A DNA stretch of 64,000 nt from Planctomycetota bacterium. GTDB taxonomy: Bacteria > Planctomycetota > PLA2 > JAEUHO01. The notes under the pieces are model-generated. The model searched no databases and was not told where the DNA came from. It saw only the letters and a list, made by a program, of their open reading frames with translations. The stretch is taken from assembly GCA_050248855.1 (NCBI GenBank), contig JBFWRP010000004.1, positions 32,001-96,000 on the forward strand, given 5' to 3'. Position numbers and translations under genes: made by a program. Positions 29,491 through 37,916 of the stretch are shown piece by piece. How positions within the stretch are numbered: position 1 is the stretch's first letter; each line of letters begins with the position of its first letter.

Positions 29491-30707
29491 TGCGAGACGC
29501 TTCGCACCCGCGGCGCACGATGTCGACACCCCGTGTCCCCCGTTGCGGGCGGGCACGGGGTCCCCGCTTCGTGGCTTGGATGCTCGTGGCCGGGCTCGCG
29601 GCGCCGACCCTCCCCGCGGGCGTCGTACCTGGAGGCCGTGGGCCCGGTGGCGTCGCCGAGGCCCGTGACACCTCCCCGCGAGCCATCAGCCGCGAGCCCC
29701 TCGAGTCGCGCCTGCGCCGCCGCCGTGCGATCGCACGCGGATGCGCCTACATCGCCCGCAACCAAGAGGACCTCGGCGGCACCTTCGGCGACGTGAACGG
29801 CGTGGTCGCCATCACGTCGCTGTGCGTGCTGGCGCTGATGGCCAACGGCTCCAGCGACCACCGCGGTCCGTACCGGGACCAGGTGCGCAAGGGCATCGAC
29901 TTCCTGTTGGCGCGCGCCGAGGCGCCGAAGAGCGAGCGGGACCCGCCGGGCTACATCGTGGACGGCCAGGACCAGACCTCGCGCATGCACGGCCACGGCT
30001 TCGCCACGCTGGCCCTGGCCTGCGCGCTCGGCACGTCCGAGAAGGACCGCAGCGTCCGCATCCGCAAGGCCCTCGTGGGCGCCATCGACTGCATCGTCCG
30101 TGCCCAGGCCACGACCGGCGGGTTCGGCTACGAGCCGCGTCCCGACAACGACCACGAGGGATCGGTCACGGTCTGCGTGGCGCAAGGCCTGCGCGCCGCG
30201 CGGGACACGGGCCTGCACGTGGACGCCCGCGTCATCCGCAACGGCCTGCGGTACCTCGAGAAGAGCCAGAACGAGGAGGGCGGGTTCAACTACAGCCTCA
30301 CGCGGCAGAACTCCACGTACGCACTGACCGCCGCCGCCCTCTCCTCGTTCTTCCTCTATGGCCGGTACGAGGACGGGACCGATGCCCGCATCAGCCGGGG
30401 CCTGAAGTACATGCGCAAGGCCATCGACCGCGGGCAGGGCGACCAGCCTTGGTACTACTACGGACACTTCTACGCCGCGTGGGCGCTGTACCAGTGGGAC
30501 GGCGGCACGTGGGAGGTCCGCCCCGGCAACGAGTGGGCCACATGGCAGGAGGAGATCTACCCGCACATGATGGCGCGCCAGCTCGAGGCCGACGGCAGCT
30601 TCGAGCCCGAATCGGGGCGCCACGACTACGGTCCGCTGCTCAGCACCGCTTTCGCGGTGCTCACGCTCAGCATCCCCGACGAAGGACTGCCCATCTTCCA
30701 GAGGTAG
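29490..30707 (+). CDS. Prenyltransferase/squalene-oxidase-repeat (alpha/alpha toroid) protein, copy 2
   Basis: AIARGCAYIARNQ, ITSLCVLALMA, RMHGHGFATLALA, AQATTGGFGY, SQNEEGGFNY, YYYGHFYAAWALYQ, RQLEADGSF and C-terminal LPIFQR. Start is 29490 (TGATG overlap) or 29520. Confidence 0.85.
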   Translation: MRDASHPRRTMSTPRVPRCGRARGPRFVAWMLVAGLAAPTLPAGVVPGGRGPGGVAEARDTSPRAISREPLESRLRRRRAIARGCAYIARNQEDLGGTFGDVNGVVAITSLCVLALMANGSSDHRGPYRDQVRKGIDFLLARAEAPKSERDPPGYIVDGQDQTSRMHGHGFATLALACALGTSEKDRSVRIRKALVGAIDCIVRAQATTGGFGYEPRPDNDHEGSVTVCVAQGLRAARDTGLHVDARVIRNGLRYLEKSQNEEGGFNYSLTRQNSTYALTAAALSSFFLYGRYEDGTDARISRGLKYMRKAIDRGQGDQPWYYYGHFYAAWALYQWDGGTWEVRPGNEWATWQEEIYPHMMARQLEADGSFEPESGRHDYGPLLSTAFAVLTLSIPDEGLPIFQR

Positions 30708-30772
30708 GCCCTGCGGCCGGCGCCGCGGGGCACGCGGCGCGCCGCACCCACGCACGCCGGGGGATGAACGCG

Positions 30773-30778
30773 TAGAAT
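30773..30778 (+). promoter_or_regulatory. Putative -10 element (TAGAAT) 7 nt before GTG 30786; leaderless start of the second MoxR operon
   Basis: Near-consensus -10 hexamer in very GC-rich context, with no SD. Confidence 0.5.
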
Positions 30779-30785
30779 CCCGCCC

Positions 30786-31559
30786 GTGGGACCGTCGTGG
30801 ATCGCCCCCCTCGTGGTCTCGCTGTGGCTCGGGGGTACCGACCCCGCGACGGCACAGGCCGTCGCACAGCGCGTGCTGCAGGACGGGCGCTACCAGCAGG
30901 CGCTGGAGAGTCGGCGCCGTTGGCGAGCCTTCGACGGTGACGCGACGACCTCCGCCGGGGACGACGCCACCGCGCGGACCCGCCGCGGGCGACCCGGCGG
31001 CGACGACGCGCCGGCCGCGCTCCCCACGCCGGCCGACCCGCCGAGCGGGCCGCGAGGCGGCGGCGGCAGCCAGGGGGGCTCCGGCACCGGTTCGGGGGCG
31101 AGCTTCCTGACCGCCGTGGCCGTGCTTGGCGGGCTCCTCGTCCTCGGCGTGGTGGTCGCCTCCGTGCTGCAGCGGCGGAGCATCGGGCCCATGCCCCGCG
31201 CTGCCGCCCCTCCCGCCGCCGCGCCACCCGAGCCGGACTTGGTGCGTCCGCTGGACGAAGCCGAGCAGCTGGCGCTCGAGGGCCGTCACGCCGAGGCCGT
31301 CCACCTGCTGCTTCTCCGCAGCCTGCGCGTCCTGGCCGAGGCGCACGGCTTGCCGGCCTCCCTGACGAGCCGCGAGATCGTGCGCGACATCCCGATGCCG
31401 GACGCGGCCCGTGAAGCCCTCGCGGACCTCGTGGGCGAAGTCGAGCGCAGCCTCTTCGGCGGCCGCCCCGTCGACGAGTCCGCCTGGCTCCGCTGCCGGG
31501 ACCGACACGCAACCCTGCTCCAGGCCCTGGCGCGGCCCGCCGCCGGGAGACGCGCGTGA
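30786..31559 (+). CDS. DUF4129 domain membrane protein
   Basis: One internal TM, then AEQLALEGRHAEAVHLLLLRSL...SLTSREI...VERSLFGGRPV; first gene of a typical DUF4129-DUF4350-MoxR cluster. Confidence 0.8.
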   Translation: MGPSWIAPLVVSLWLGGTDPATAQAVAQRVLQDGRYQQALESRRRWRAFDGDATTSAGDDATARTRRGRPGGDDAPAALPTPADPPSGPRGGGGSQGGSGTGSGASFLTAVAVLGGLLVLGVVVASVLQRRSIGPMPRAAAPPAAAPPEPDLVRPLDEAEQLALEGRHAEAVHLLLLRSLRVLAEAHGLPASLTSREIVRDIPMPDAAREALADLVGEVERSLFGGRPVDESAWLRCRDRHATLLQALARPAAGRRA

Positions 31560-32788
31560 CGGAGCGCACGCGGCTGCCCTTCTCGCGGCGGACGACGATC
31601 GTCGTGCTGGCCGTGGCCGTGCCGTCGTTCGTGCTGTTCCTCGTGGCGCTCGTGCTCGGACCCGAGTGGGCCCCCGTGGAGTCCTCGGGAGCCACGTCGT
31701 GGTCCTCGTCGGCCGTCGGGCACCATGCCCTGTACGAAGTGCTGCGGGAGCTCGACCTGCCCGTCCAGCGCTCCCGCCACGCGAGCGCGGGTCGAGCCGG
31801 CGAGGACGGCGTGCTCCTGCTGCTGGACCCCTGGCCGGACACCGATCGCGGCCTCCTGGATCGCGAGCAGCTGGCGGCCGCGTTGACGGAAGCGCGCACG
31901 ATCGTCGTCGCCCTGCCCAAGTGGGAAGTCCGGCGACGTGTTCCGGACGATGGCTGGGTCGCCGGTCTGGAGCCAAGGCCCACGCGCAATGCACTCGACG
32001 TGCTGGCCACGCTGGGCGTCGGGGATGTGGAGGTCCAGCGTCTCGCGGCCCCCACGCCTTCCGAGGGGTGGTCGACGCAGGGCATCTGCCCACCTCCGGT
32101 GCTCGCGGACTCCCCGCAGCTCATCACGGGCCCCGGGGTGGACCCCTGGGTCGCTCGCGCCGAAGGCACGTTGGTCGGCGAAGTCCGCTCCGCCACGAAC
32201 CGCATCATCGTGATCGCCGATCCCGACGTGCTCACGCCCCGCGGGCTCGGGCTGGGAGGGAATGCGGCCCTCGTGGTGCGGACGATCGAGCACGTACGCG
32301 GCAGCGGCCCGGTCATCCTCGACGAAGTGCTCCACGGCTTCGCCCTGGAGCCGAGCCTGTGGCGAGCGCTGTTCCGCATGCCCCTGCTCACGCTCACGCT
32401 CCATGGACTGCTCCTGGGCTGCGTGGTCCTGCTGTCGAGCTGGGTGCGGCGCCGCCCCCCCTTGCCGGCCCCCGAGCCCCCCGCGCGCGGCACGACCGCC
32501 CTGCTCGAACAGGCCACGGGCCTGTTGGCGCGGCATGGGGACACCTGGGGCGCAGCGGACCACTACACGAGCGCCGCTTGGCACGACGTGGTGGCGGGCT
32601 TGCGCATCCCACGTGACGTCGACCGCGCGTCCGCCTTGGCGTGGGTTGCGGCGCGCGAGGAACGGCGGGAGCTCTCCGATCGCTTCGCGTCGATCGACGA
32701 GGACCGACGCGGGCGGCGTGGCAACGCCGTCGCGCTGGCCCAGCGTGTCTACCACTGGAAGGAGACCCTGCTCGATGGGACCGTCTGA
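31556..32788 (+). CDS. DUF4350 domain membrane protein
   Basis: N-terminal [35 protein letters not shown] and a second TM. GTGA overlap; position before moxR. Confidence 0.75.
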   Translation: MTERTRLPFSRRTTIVVLAVAVPSFVLFLVALVLGPEWAPVESSGATSWSSSAVGHHALYEVLRELDLPVQRSRHASAGRAGEDGVLLLLDPWPDTDRGLLDREQLAAALTEARTIVVALPKWEVRRRVPDDGWVAGLEPRPTRNALDVLATLGVGDVEVQRLAAPTPSEGWSTQGICPPPVLADSPQLITGPGVDPWVARAEGTLVGEVRSATNRIIVIADPDVLTPRGLGLGGNAALVVRTIEHVRGSGPVILDEVLHGFALEPSLWRALFRMPLLTLTLHGLLLGCVVLLSSWVRRRPPLPAPEPPARGTTALLEQATGLLARHGDTWGAADHYTSAAWHDVVAGLRIPRDVDRASALAWVAAREERRELSDRFASIDEDRRGRRGNAVALAQRVYHWKETLLDGTV

Positions 32789-33731
32789 CGTCCAGGAGCT
32801 GCGTGCCGCCGTACGCAGCGAGGTCCGCAAGGCCGTGGTCGGTCAGGGTGCGGCGATCGACCTGATGCTGATTGCGCTGATGGCCCGCGGTCACGTGCTC
32901 CTGGAAGGTCTGCCGGGAACCGCGAAGACGCTGCTGGCCCGGGCCTTCGCGCGGGCGCTCGATCTCGAGTTCCGTCGCATCCAGTTCACGCCGGACTTGA
33001 TGCCCGGCGACGTCGTGGGCACGAACCTGTTCCACTTCGAGTCCAACCGCTTCGTGCTCACGAAGGGACCGGTGTTCACCCAGCTGCTGCTCGCCGACGA
33101 GATCAACCGCACGCCGCCGAAGACGCAAGCGGCGCTGCTCGAGGCGATGCAGGAACGGCGCGTCACGATCGACGGCACCAGCCACGACCTCGGCCCCGGC
33201 TTCATGGTCCTGGCGACGCAGAACCCCATCGAGCAGGAAGGGACGTACCCGCTGCCCGAGGCCCAGCTGGACCGCTTCCTGGTGCGCGCGCGCATCGGCT
33301 ACCCGTCACGCGAGGACGAGCTGCTGATCGTGACGTCGCACGGTCAAGGCGCCGGGATGCCCGACCTCGACCGTCTCGGTGTCACGGCGGTGGCCGACTT
33401 GGATCGCATCGAGTCGCTGCGCGAGGTCGTGGCCGCCACGCGGCTCGCGGACGAGGTGGTGGGCTACATCGTGGACTTGGTACGCGCGACCCGTGAGCAT
33501 CCGGCCCTCGCCTGCGGCGCGTCGCCCCGCTCCGCGGCCATGCTCGCCATCGCGGCGCGCTCCATGGCCTCGCTGTCCGGGCGCGACTTCGTCGTCCCGG
33601 ACGACGTGAAGGCCGTGCTGGGGCCGTGTCTCGGGCACCGCCTGCTCGTCTCGGCCACGGCGGAGATCGAGGGCCGGGACGCCAAGAGCGTCCTGGGCGA
33701 GATCGTCGCGGCGGTGGCGGCGCCCCGTTGA
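32775..33731 (+). CDS. moxR: MoxR family AAA+ ATPase (copy 2)
   Basis: [71 protein letters not shown] and GASPR. Confidence 0.96.
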   Translation: MGPSDVQELRAAVRSEVRKAVVGQGAAIDLMLIALMARGHVLLEGLPGTAKTLLARAFARALDLEFRRIQFTPDLMPGDVVGTNLFHFESNRFVLTKGPVFTQLLLADEINRTPPKTQAALLEAMQERRVTIDGTSHDLGPGFMVLATQNPIEQEGTYPLPEAQLDRFLVRARIGYPSREDELLIVTSHGQGAGMPDLDRLGVTAVADLDRIESLREVVAATRLADEVVGYIVDLVRATREHPALACGASPRSAAMLAIAARSMASLSGRDFVVPDDVKAVLGPCLGHRLLVSATAEIEGRDAKSVLGEIVAAVAAPR

Positions 33732-35044
33732 TGCGACCGACCCGGCTCGCGTGGCTGCTGCTCCTGGCGGGCGCCGCCCTGGCCGCGCTGCCGGCGTGGC
33801 TGGCGCCCGGCTTGGCGGCGGCCTGGCTCGGCTACGTGATGGGCGTCCTCGCGCTCGGCGCACTCGACGGCGCCCTCGCCCCGCGACTGGCCTCGCTCGC
33901 GCCGCGCCTCGTGTTGGCTCCGGCCCTTCCCGTCGGCCTGCCGGGCCACGTGGCGGTAGAGCTCGACGCCCCGCGAACCCGCGGCTCGCTCTCCGTGGAG
34001 GCGGAGGCCGAGGGCGACCCCGACTTGGGGCTCGGACCTCCAGCCCGCGCGGCGATCGATGGACGGGCTGGCGGTCGCATCGAGCTCCCGCTCACACCGC
34101 GCCGCCGCGGCCGCCTCGGGGTGCATGCCCTCTGGCTGCGCTGGCAGGGCCCCTTCGGGCTGCTGGAGCGCGTAGCGCGTTTGCCCGCCGACGCCTCGAC
34201 GCGCGTCGTGCCGGATCTCTCGGCAACGCGCCAAGCCGCGCTGGCCCTGGACGCCACGCGCCACGCCCAGGCCGGCCTCAAGGTGGAGCGCTTCGTCGGA
34301 GATGGCAGCGAGTTCGACGCGATGCGCGAGTACGTGCCCGGCTTGGACGCCCGGTCCATCAGCTGGCGCGCCACCGCCCGCCATCGGCGGCTGGTCTGCC
34401 ACCAGTTCCGGGCGGAGCGCAACCACCCCGTCGTGATCGCGTTCGACACGGGGCGCCTGATGGGCGAGAGGCTGGGCGAAGCCACGCGCCTGGACCACGC
34501 CATCCACGCCGGCCTGCGCCTGGCCTGGACCGCCTTGCGGACGGGCGACCGCGTCGGGATGTTCGCCTTCGACGCCCTGCCCCGCAGCTGGGTCCCGCCC
34601 GACCGCGCCCGCGGCACGTTCGCCGCCTTGCGCCACGGCACGGCCGAGCTCGAGTACGGCTCCAGCGAGAGCAACTTCACGCTCGGCCTGCTCGACTTGG
34701 TCCAGCGGCTCCCTCGTCGCACGCTGATCGTGCTCATGACCGATGTCGTGGACGCGATCGGCGCCGAGCTGCTCATGGAGAACGTGGCCCGCCTCGTGCG
34801 CCGCCACGTGGTCCTGTTCGTCACGTTGGCCGATCCCCAGCTGCGAAGCGCAGCCGACAGCGCGCCGGCCGACCCCATCTCGCTCTCGCGCGCCGTGGTG
34901 TCCAAGCGGCTGCTCGACGAACGGGCGGCCGTGTTGGAGCGCATGGTGCGCCTGGGCGTGCTGGTGTTGGACGCGACCCCCGAGCGCCTGGGCCCGACCT
35001 TGGTCAGCCGCTACCTCGAGGCCAAGCGCCGGGAGCGGGTATGA
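33731..35044 (+). CDS. DUF58 domain protein with N-terminal TMs
   Basis: GDGSEFDAMREYVPG.D.RSISWRATAR, ERNHPVVIAFDTGRLM, GDRVG and LIVLMTD. TGATG overlap. Confidence 0.9.
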   Translation: MRPTRLAWLLLLAGAALAALPAWLAPGLAAAWLGYVMGVLALGALDGALAPRLASLAPRLVLAPALPVGLPGHVAVELDAPRTRGSLSVEAEAEGDPDLGLGPPARAAIDGRAGGRIELPLTPRRRGRLGVHALWLRWQGPFGLLERVARLPADASTRVVPDLSATRQAALALDATRHAQAGLKVERFVGDGSEFDAMREYVPGLDARSISWRATARHRRLVCHQFRAERNHPVVIAFDTGRLMGERLGEATRLDHAIHAGLRLAWTALRTGDRVGMFAFDALPRSWVPPDRARGTFAALRHGTAELEYGSSESNFTLGLLDLVQRLPRRTLIVLMTDVVDAIGAELLMENVARLVRRHVVLFVTLADPQLRSAADSAPADPISLSRAVVSKRLLDERAAVLERMVRLGVLVLDATPERLGPTLVSRYLEAKRRERV

Positions 35045-36048
35045 GCTCCACGGCGCTGCTGCGCAGCACGCTGTTCCGCCGCGAGCGCGAGCCCACGTGG
35101 GAGCGCTTGGAGCAGCTCGTCCAGCGGGTGGAGCGTCGGGGTCTGGGGGCGCTCGAGCCGCGCGAGCTGGCGGAGCTCCCGGCCGTGTACCGCGCGACGA
35201 TGAGCTCGCTCGGCATGGCGCGGGCCATCTCGCTGGACCGCAACCTCCTCGAGCACCTGGACAGCCTCGCCCAGCGGGCCTGGTGCGCGTTCTACGCCCC
35301 GTCGCGGTCGTGGCGAGATCGTCTGCGCGAGTGGCTGATGGTGGGCTTCCCCGCCTCCGTCCGCGCCCTGGGCCTCCCGCTCTTCGTGGCGACGCTCACG
35401 TTGCTCGGCGGGATCGCGATCGGCCACGCCATGACGACCGCGGACGAGGAGATGTATCACGCGTTCGTGCCGGAGGCGTACGCCCAGGGACGCAACCCGT
35501 CGACGCCGCGCAGCGAGCTGTGGGATGGCCTCTACGGGATCGAGGACCATCACGGCGCGTTGGCCATGTTCGCGTCCCACCTGATCGTCAACAACACGGG
35601 CGTCGGGCTGCTGCTGGTTGCGCTGGGCTTCCTGGCTGGCCTTCCGGCGCTCATCCTGCTGTTCTTCAACGCCCTGCTGCTCGGCGCCATGAGCGCCCTC
35701 TTCGCGCGCCACGGCCTTGCGCTCGACTTCTGGGCCTGGGTCCTCCCCCACGGCGTCACCGAGCTCCTGGCGATCCTGCTCTGCGGAGCGGCCAGCTTGG
35801 CGATCGGGGGCGCGCTCGTGGCCCCGGGCACGCTGGGCCGCCGGCAGGCGCTGGCCGGTGCGGGCCGCCGCGCGGCGCCCGTGGTCATGGGAGCCATGGC
35901 GATGTTCGGCATCGCCGGGTTGATCGAGGGCTTCTTCCGGCAGCTGGTGACGGACACGCCGACACGGGTCGCGCTCGCGCTCCTGACCGCCGTCCTCTGG
36001 GCCGCGTGGCTGGGTCTGGGCGGTCGCCTGGCGAGGGCGCGCGCATGA
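35041..36048 (+). CDS. Stage II sporulation protein M (SpoIIM/DUF95) family membrane protein
   Basis: FRREREPTWERLE, LIVNN, FFNALLLG, WVLPHGVTEL.AI and AGLIEGF. ATGA overlap. Confidence 0.88.
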   Translation: MSSTALLRSTLFRREREPTWERLEQLVQRVERRGLGALEPRELAELPAVYRATMSSLGMARAISLDRNLLEHLDSLAQRAWCAFYAPSRSWRDRLREWLMVGFPASVRALGLPLFVATLTLLGGIAIGHAMTTADEEMYHAFVPEAYAQGRNPSTPRSELWDGLYGIEDHHGALAMFASHLIVNNTGVGLLLVALGFLAGLPALILLFFNALLLGAMSALFARHGLALDFWAWVLPHGVTELLAILLCGAASLAIGGALVAPGTLGRRQALAGAGRRAAPVVMGAMAMFGIAGLIEGFFRQLVTDTPTRVALALLTAVLWAAWLGLGGRLARARA

Positions 36049-36950
36049 CGACCCGCGCAGCCGTCCGCGAACGCCGCCTGGAGGTCATGCCGCCCGAAGG
36101 CGTGCCGCTCAGCTTCGAGCTGGCGGGAGTGGGTGAGCGCTTCGCCGCGTTCATCGTCGACCAGCTCGCGCTCGGGCTGCTGGCGCTTCCAGCGGTCCTC
36201 TGGCTGGGCGTCGGCGGCGCACGCGGCGGGGGCGGGTTCCTCGACGCCCTCGCCCTGCTCTGGGTCTATGGCCTCCTCATGTTCGGTCCCACGTGGTTCG
36301 AGCTCTCGGGTCGCGGGACCACGCCCGGCAAGCGGCGCATGGGCCTGCGCGTCGTGGATGCCGAGGGACAGACCCTGCAGGCGCGAGCGCTCGTGGCGCG
36401 CAATCTGGTACGGCACGTGGAAGTCTGGCTGCCGGTCCAGGCGCTGCTCGCCTCCGAGGCGCTGTTGCCCAACGCGCCGGGGGTGCTGCGCCTCGCCAGC
36501 ATCGGCTGGCTGGGCGCGGTCGTCGCCTTGCCCTTCATCGGCAAGGAGCGCACGCGAGCGGGCGACCTCGTGGCAGGGACACGCGTCGTACGGCAGCCGG
36601 TCGCCCGCCTGCTTGGCGACGTCGCGGCGCGCACACGCCGCTCCAGCGCGGACGCCACCTACACCTTCACCGCAGACCAGCTGGCCGTGTACGGCACGTA
36701 CGAGCTGCAGGTGCTGGAAGACCTGCTGCGCATGGGCGCGGGCGGCCCGGGACGTCGCGAGGCCATGGCGAGCGTGCGCCGCCGGATCGCGGCGAAGATC
36801 GGCGACCCTCGGTCCTCGGGCGGCCGCGGCGACGACGAGGCATACCTGCACGCCTACTACGCGGCGCTCCGCGGCCACTTGGAAGGCCGGCTGCTCCTGG
36901 GCCTGGGCAAGCGCGACAAGCACAGCCCCGAGCAGCGACGCGAACCCTGA
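36045..36950 (+). CDS. RDD family membrane protein
   Basis: PPEGVPLSFELAGVGERFAAFIVD, GTTPGKRRMGLRVV, RNLVR and RAGDLVAGTRVV. ATGA overlap. Confidence 0.9.
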   Translation: MTTRAAVRERRLEVMPPEGVPLSFELAGVGERFAAFIVDQLALGLLALPAVLWLGVGGARGGGGFLDALALLWVYGLLMFGPTWFELSGRGTTPGKRRMGLRVVDAEGQTLQARALVARNLVRHVEVWLPVQALLASEALLPNAPGVLRLASIGWLGAVVALPFIGKERTRAGDLVAGTRVVRQPVARLLGDVAARTRRSSADATYTFTADQLAVYGTYELQVLEDLLRMGAGGPGRREAMASVRRRIAAKIGDPRSSGGRGDDEAYLHAYYAALRGHLEGRLLLGLGKRDKHSPEQRREP

Positions 36951-37811
36951 TCAGGCCCCGTCGTGGGCCGCTTCGCGACGCAACGGCTCGTCCAGGCTCC
37001 CGTGCCGGAGCCCCTCGAGGTCGACCGCAACCCAGTGGAAGCCCTCGGCGCGCAAGCCCTCGACGACGCGCTCCCGCACGCCGGGCGCAAGCAGCGCAGC
37101 GACCTGGTCGAGGGGCACCTCGATGCGCGCCACGGGATCGTGGAAGCGGACGCGGAGGTCGCGGAAGCCCAGATCCCGCAGCACCCGCTCGGCGCGCTGC
37201 ACGCGCAACAGGTCTGCCCGGTCGATCGCAGTCCCGTACGGGAAGCGGCTCGCGAGGCACGCATTGGCAGGCTTGTCCCATGAGGCAAGCCCTCGGTGCC
37301 GTGCCACGGCGCGCACCCAGACCTTGGAGAGCCCGGCCTCGGCGAGGGGGCTGCCCACACCACGTCGCTCGCCGGCGGCCAAGCCGGGCCGGTGCCCCTC
37401 CCCATCGTCGGCGTTCGTGCCGTCCAGCACGTGGGCGAGCCCACGGCGCGCGGCCAGGTCACGCATCTCGCCGTAGAGGTGCAGCTTGCAGTGGAAGCAA
37501 CGGTCCGGTCCGTTGCGGCGGAAGGCCTCGATGTCGACCTCGCTCCCGGACAGGGCGACGTGCTCGACGCCGAGAGCCGCACAGAGCTCGAGGGACTCGG
37601 TGAGGTCCTCCTCCGGCAAGCTCTCCGAACGGCTGGTGGCCGCGACGAGCCGGTCCCGGCCCAGGGCGTCCACGGCGGCATGGAGCACGAGACTGCTGTC
37701 GCTGCCGCCACTCAAGGCCACGACGGCACCGCCCTCGTACCGGGCGAGAGCATGGAGCAGACGCGACTCGGCCTCGGTCACGTCGCGCGGCGGCGGGTGC
37801 ATGCGGTCCAC
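36951..37811 (-). CDS. larE: ATP-dependent sacrificial sulfur transferase LarE family
   Basis: PP-loop VALSGGSDSS, N.PDRCFHCK, DGTNADD..HRPG, WDKPANACLASRFPYG and RVRFH. Confidence 0.9.
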   Translation of the reverse strand: MDRMHPPPRDVTEAESRLLHALARYEGGAVVALSGGSDSSLVLHAAVDALGRDRLVAATSRSESLPEEDLTESLELCAALGVEHVALSGSEVDIEAFRRNGPDRCFHCKLHLYGEMRDLAARRGLAHVLDGTNADDGEGHRPGLAAGERRGVGSPLAEAGLSKVWVRAVARHRGLASWDKPANACLASRFPYGTAIDRADLLRVQRAERVLRDLGFRDLRVRFHDPVARIEVPLDQVAALLAPGVRERVVEGLRAEGFHWVAVDLEGLRHGSLDEPLRREAAHDGA

Positions 37812-37829
37812 GCCAGGAGAATAGCGGAC

Positions 37830-37887
37830 AAAAAGGAGCCGAGGCCGGGAAGCCAGGGCTCCGAAGAGCCATGACCTCCCGGCCTCG
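37830..37887 (-). terminator. Rho-independent terminator after the lipoprotein gene
   Basis: Minus strand: CGAGGCCGGGA...GGCTC-TTCG-GAGCC...TCCCGGCCTCG, a long hairpin with a cUUCGg loop followed by GCTCCTTTTT, about 30 nt after the stop. Confidence 0.7.
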
Positions 37888-37916
37888 ACGGGGGTTCGCG
37901 GTTCTACCGCCGTGAG

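Noticed and set aside
35041..36048. Evidence of sporulation from the SpoIIM-like gene
   Set aside because: This family is widespread in non-sporulating bacteria within MoxR/RDD clusters.
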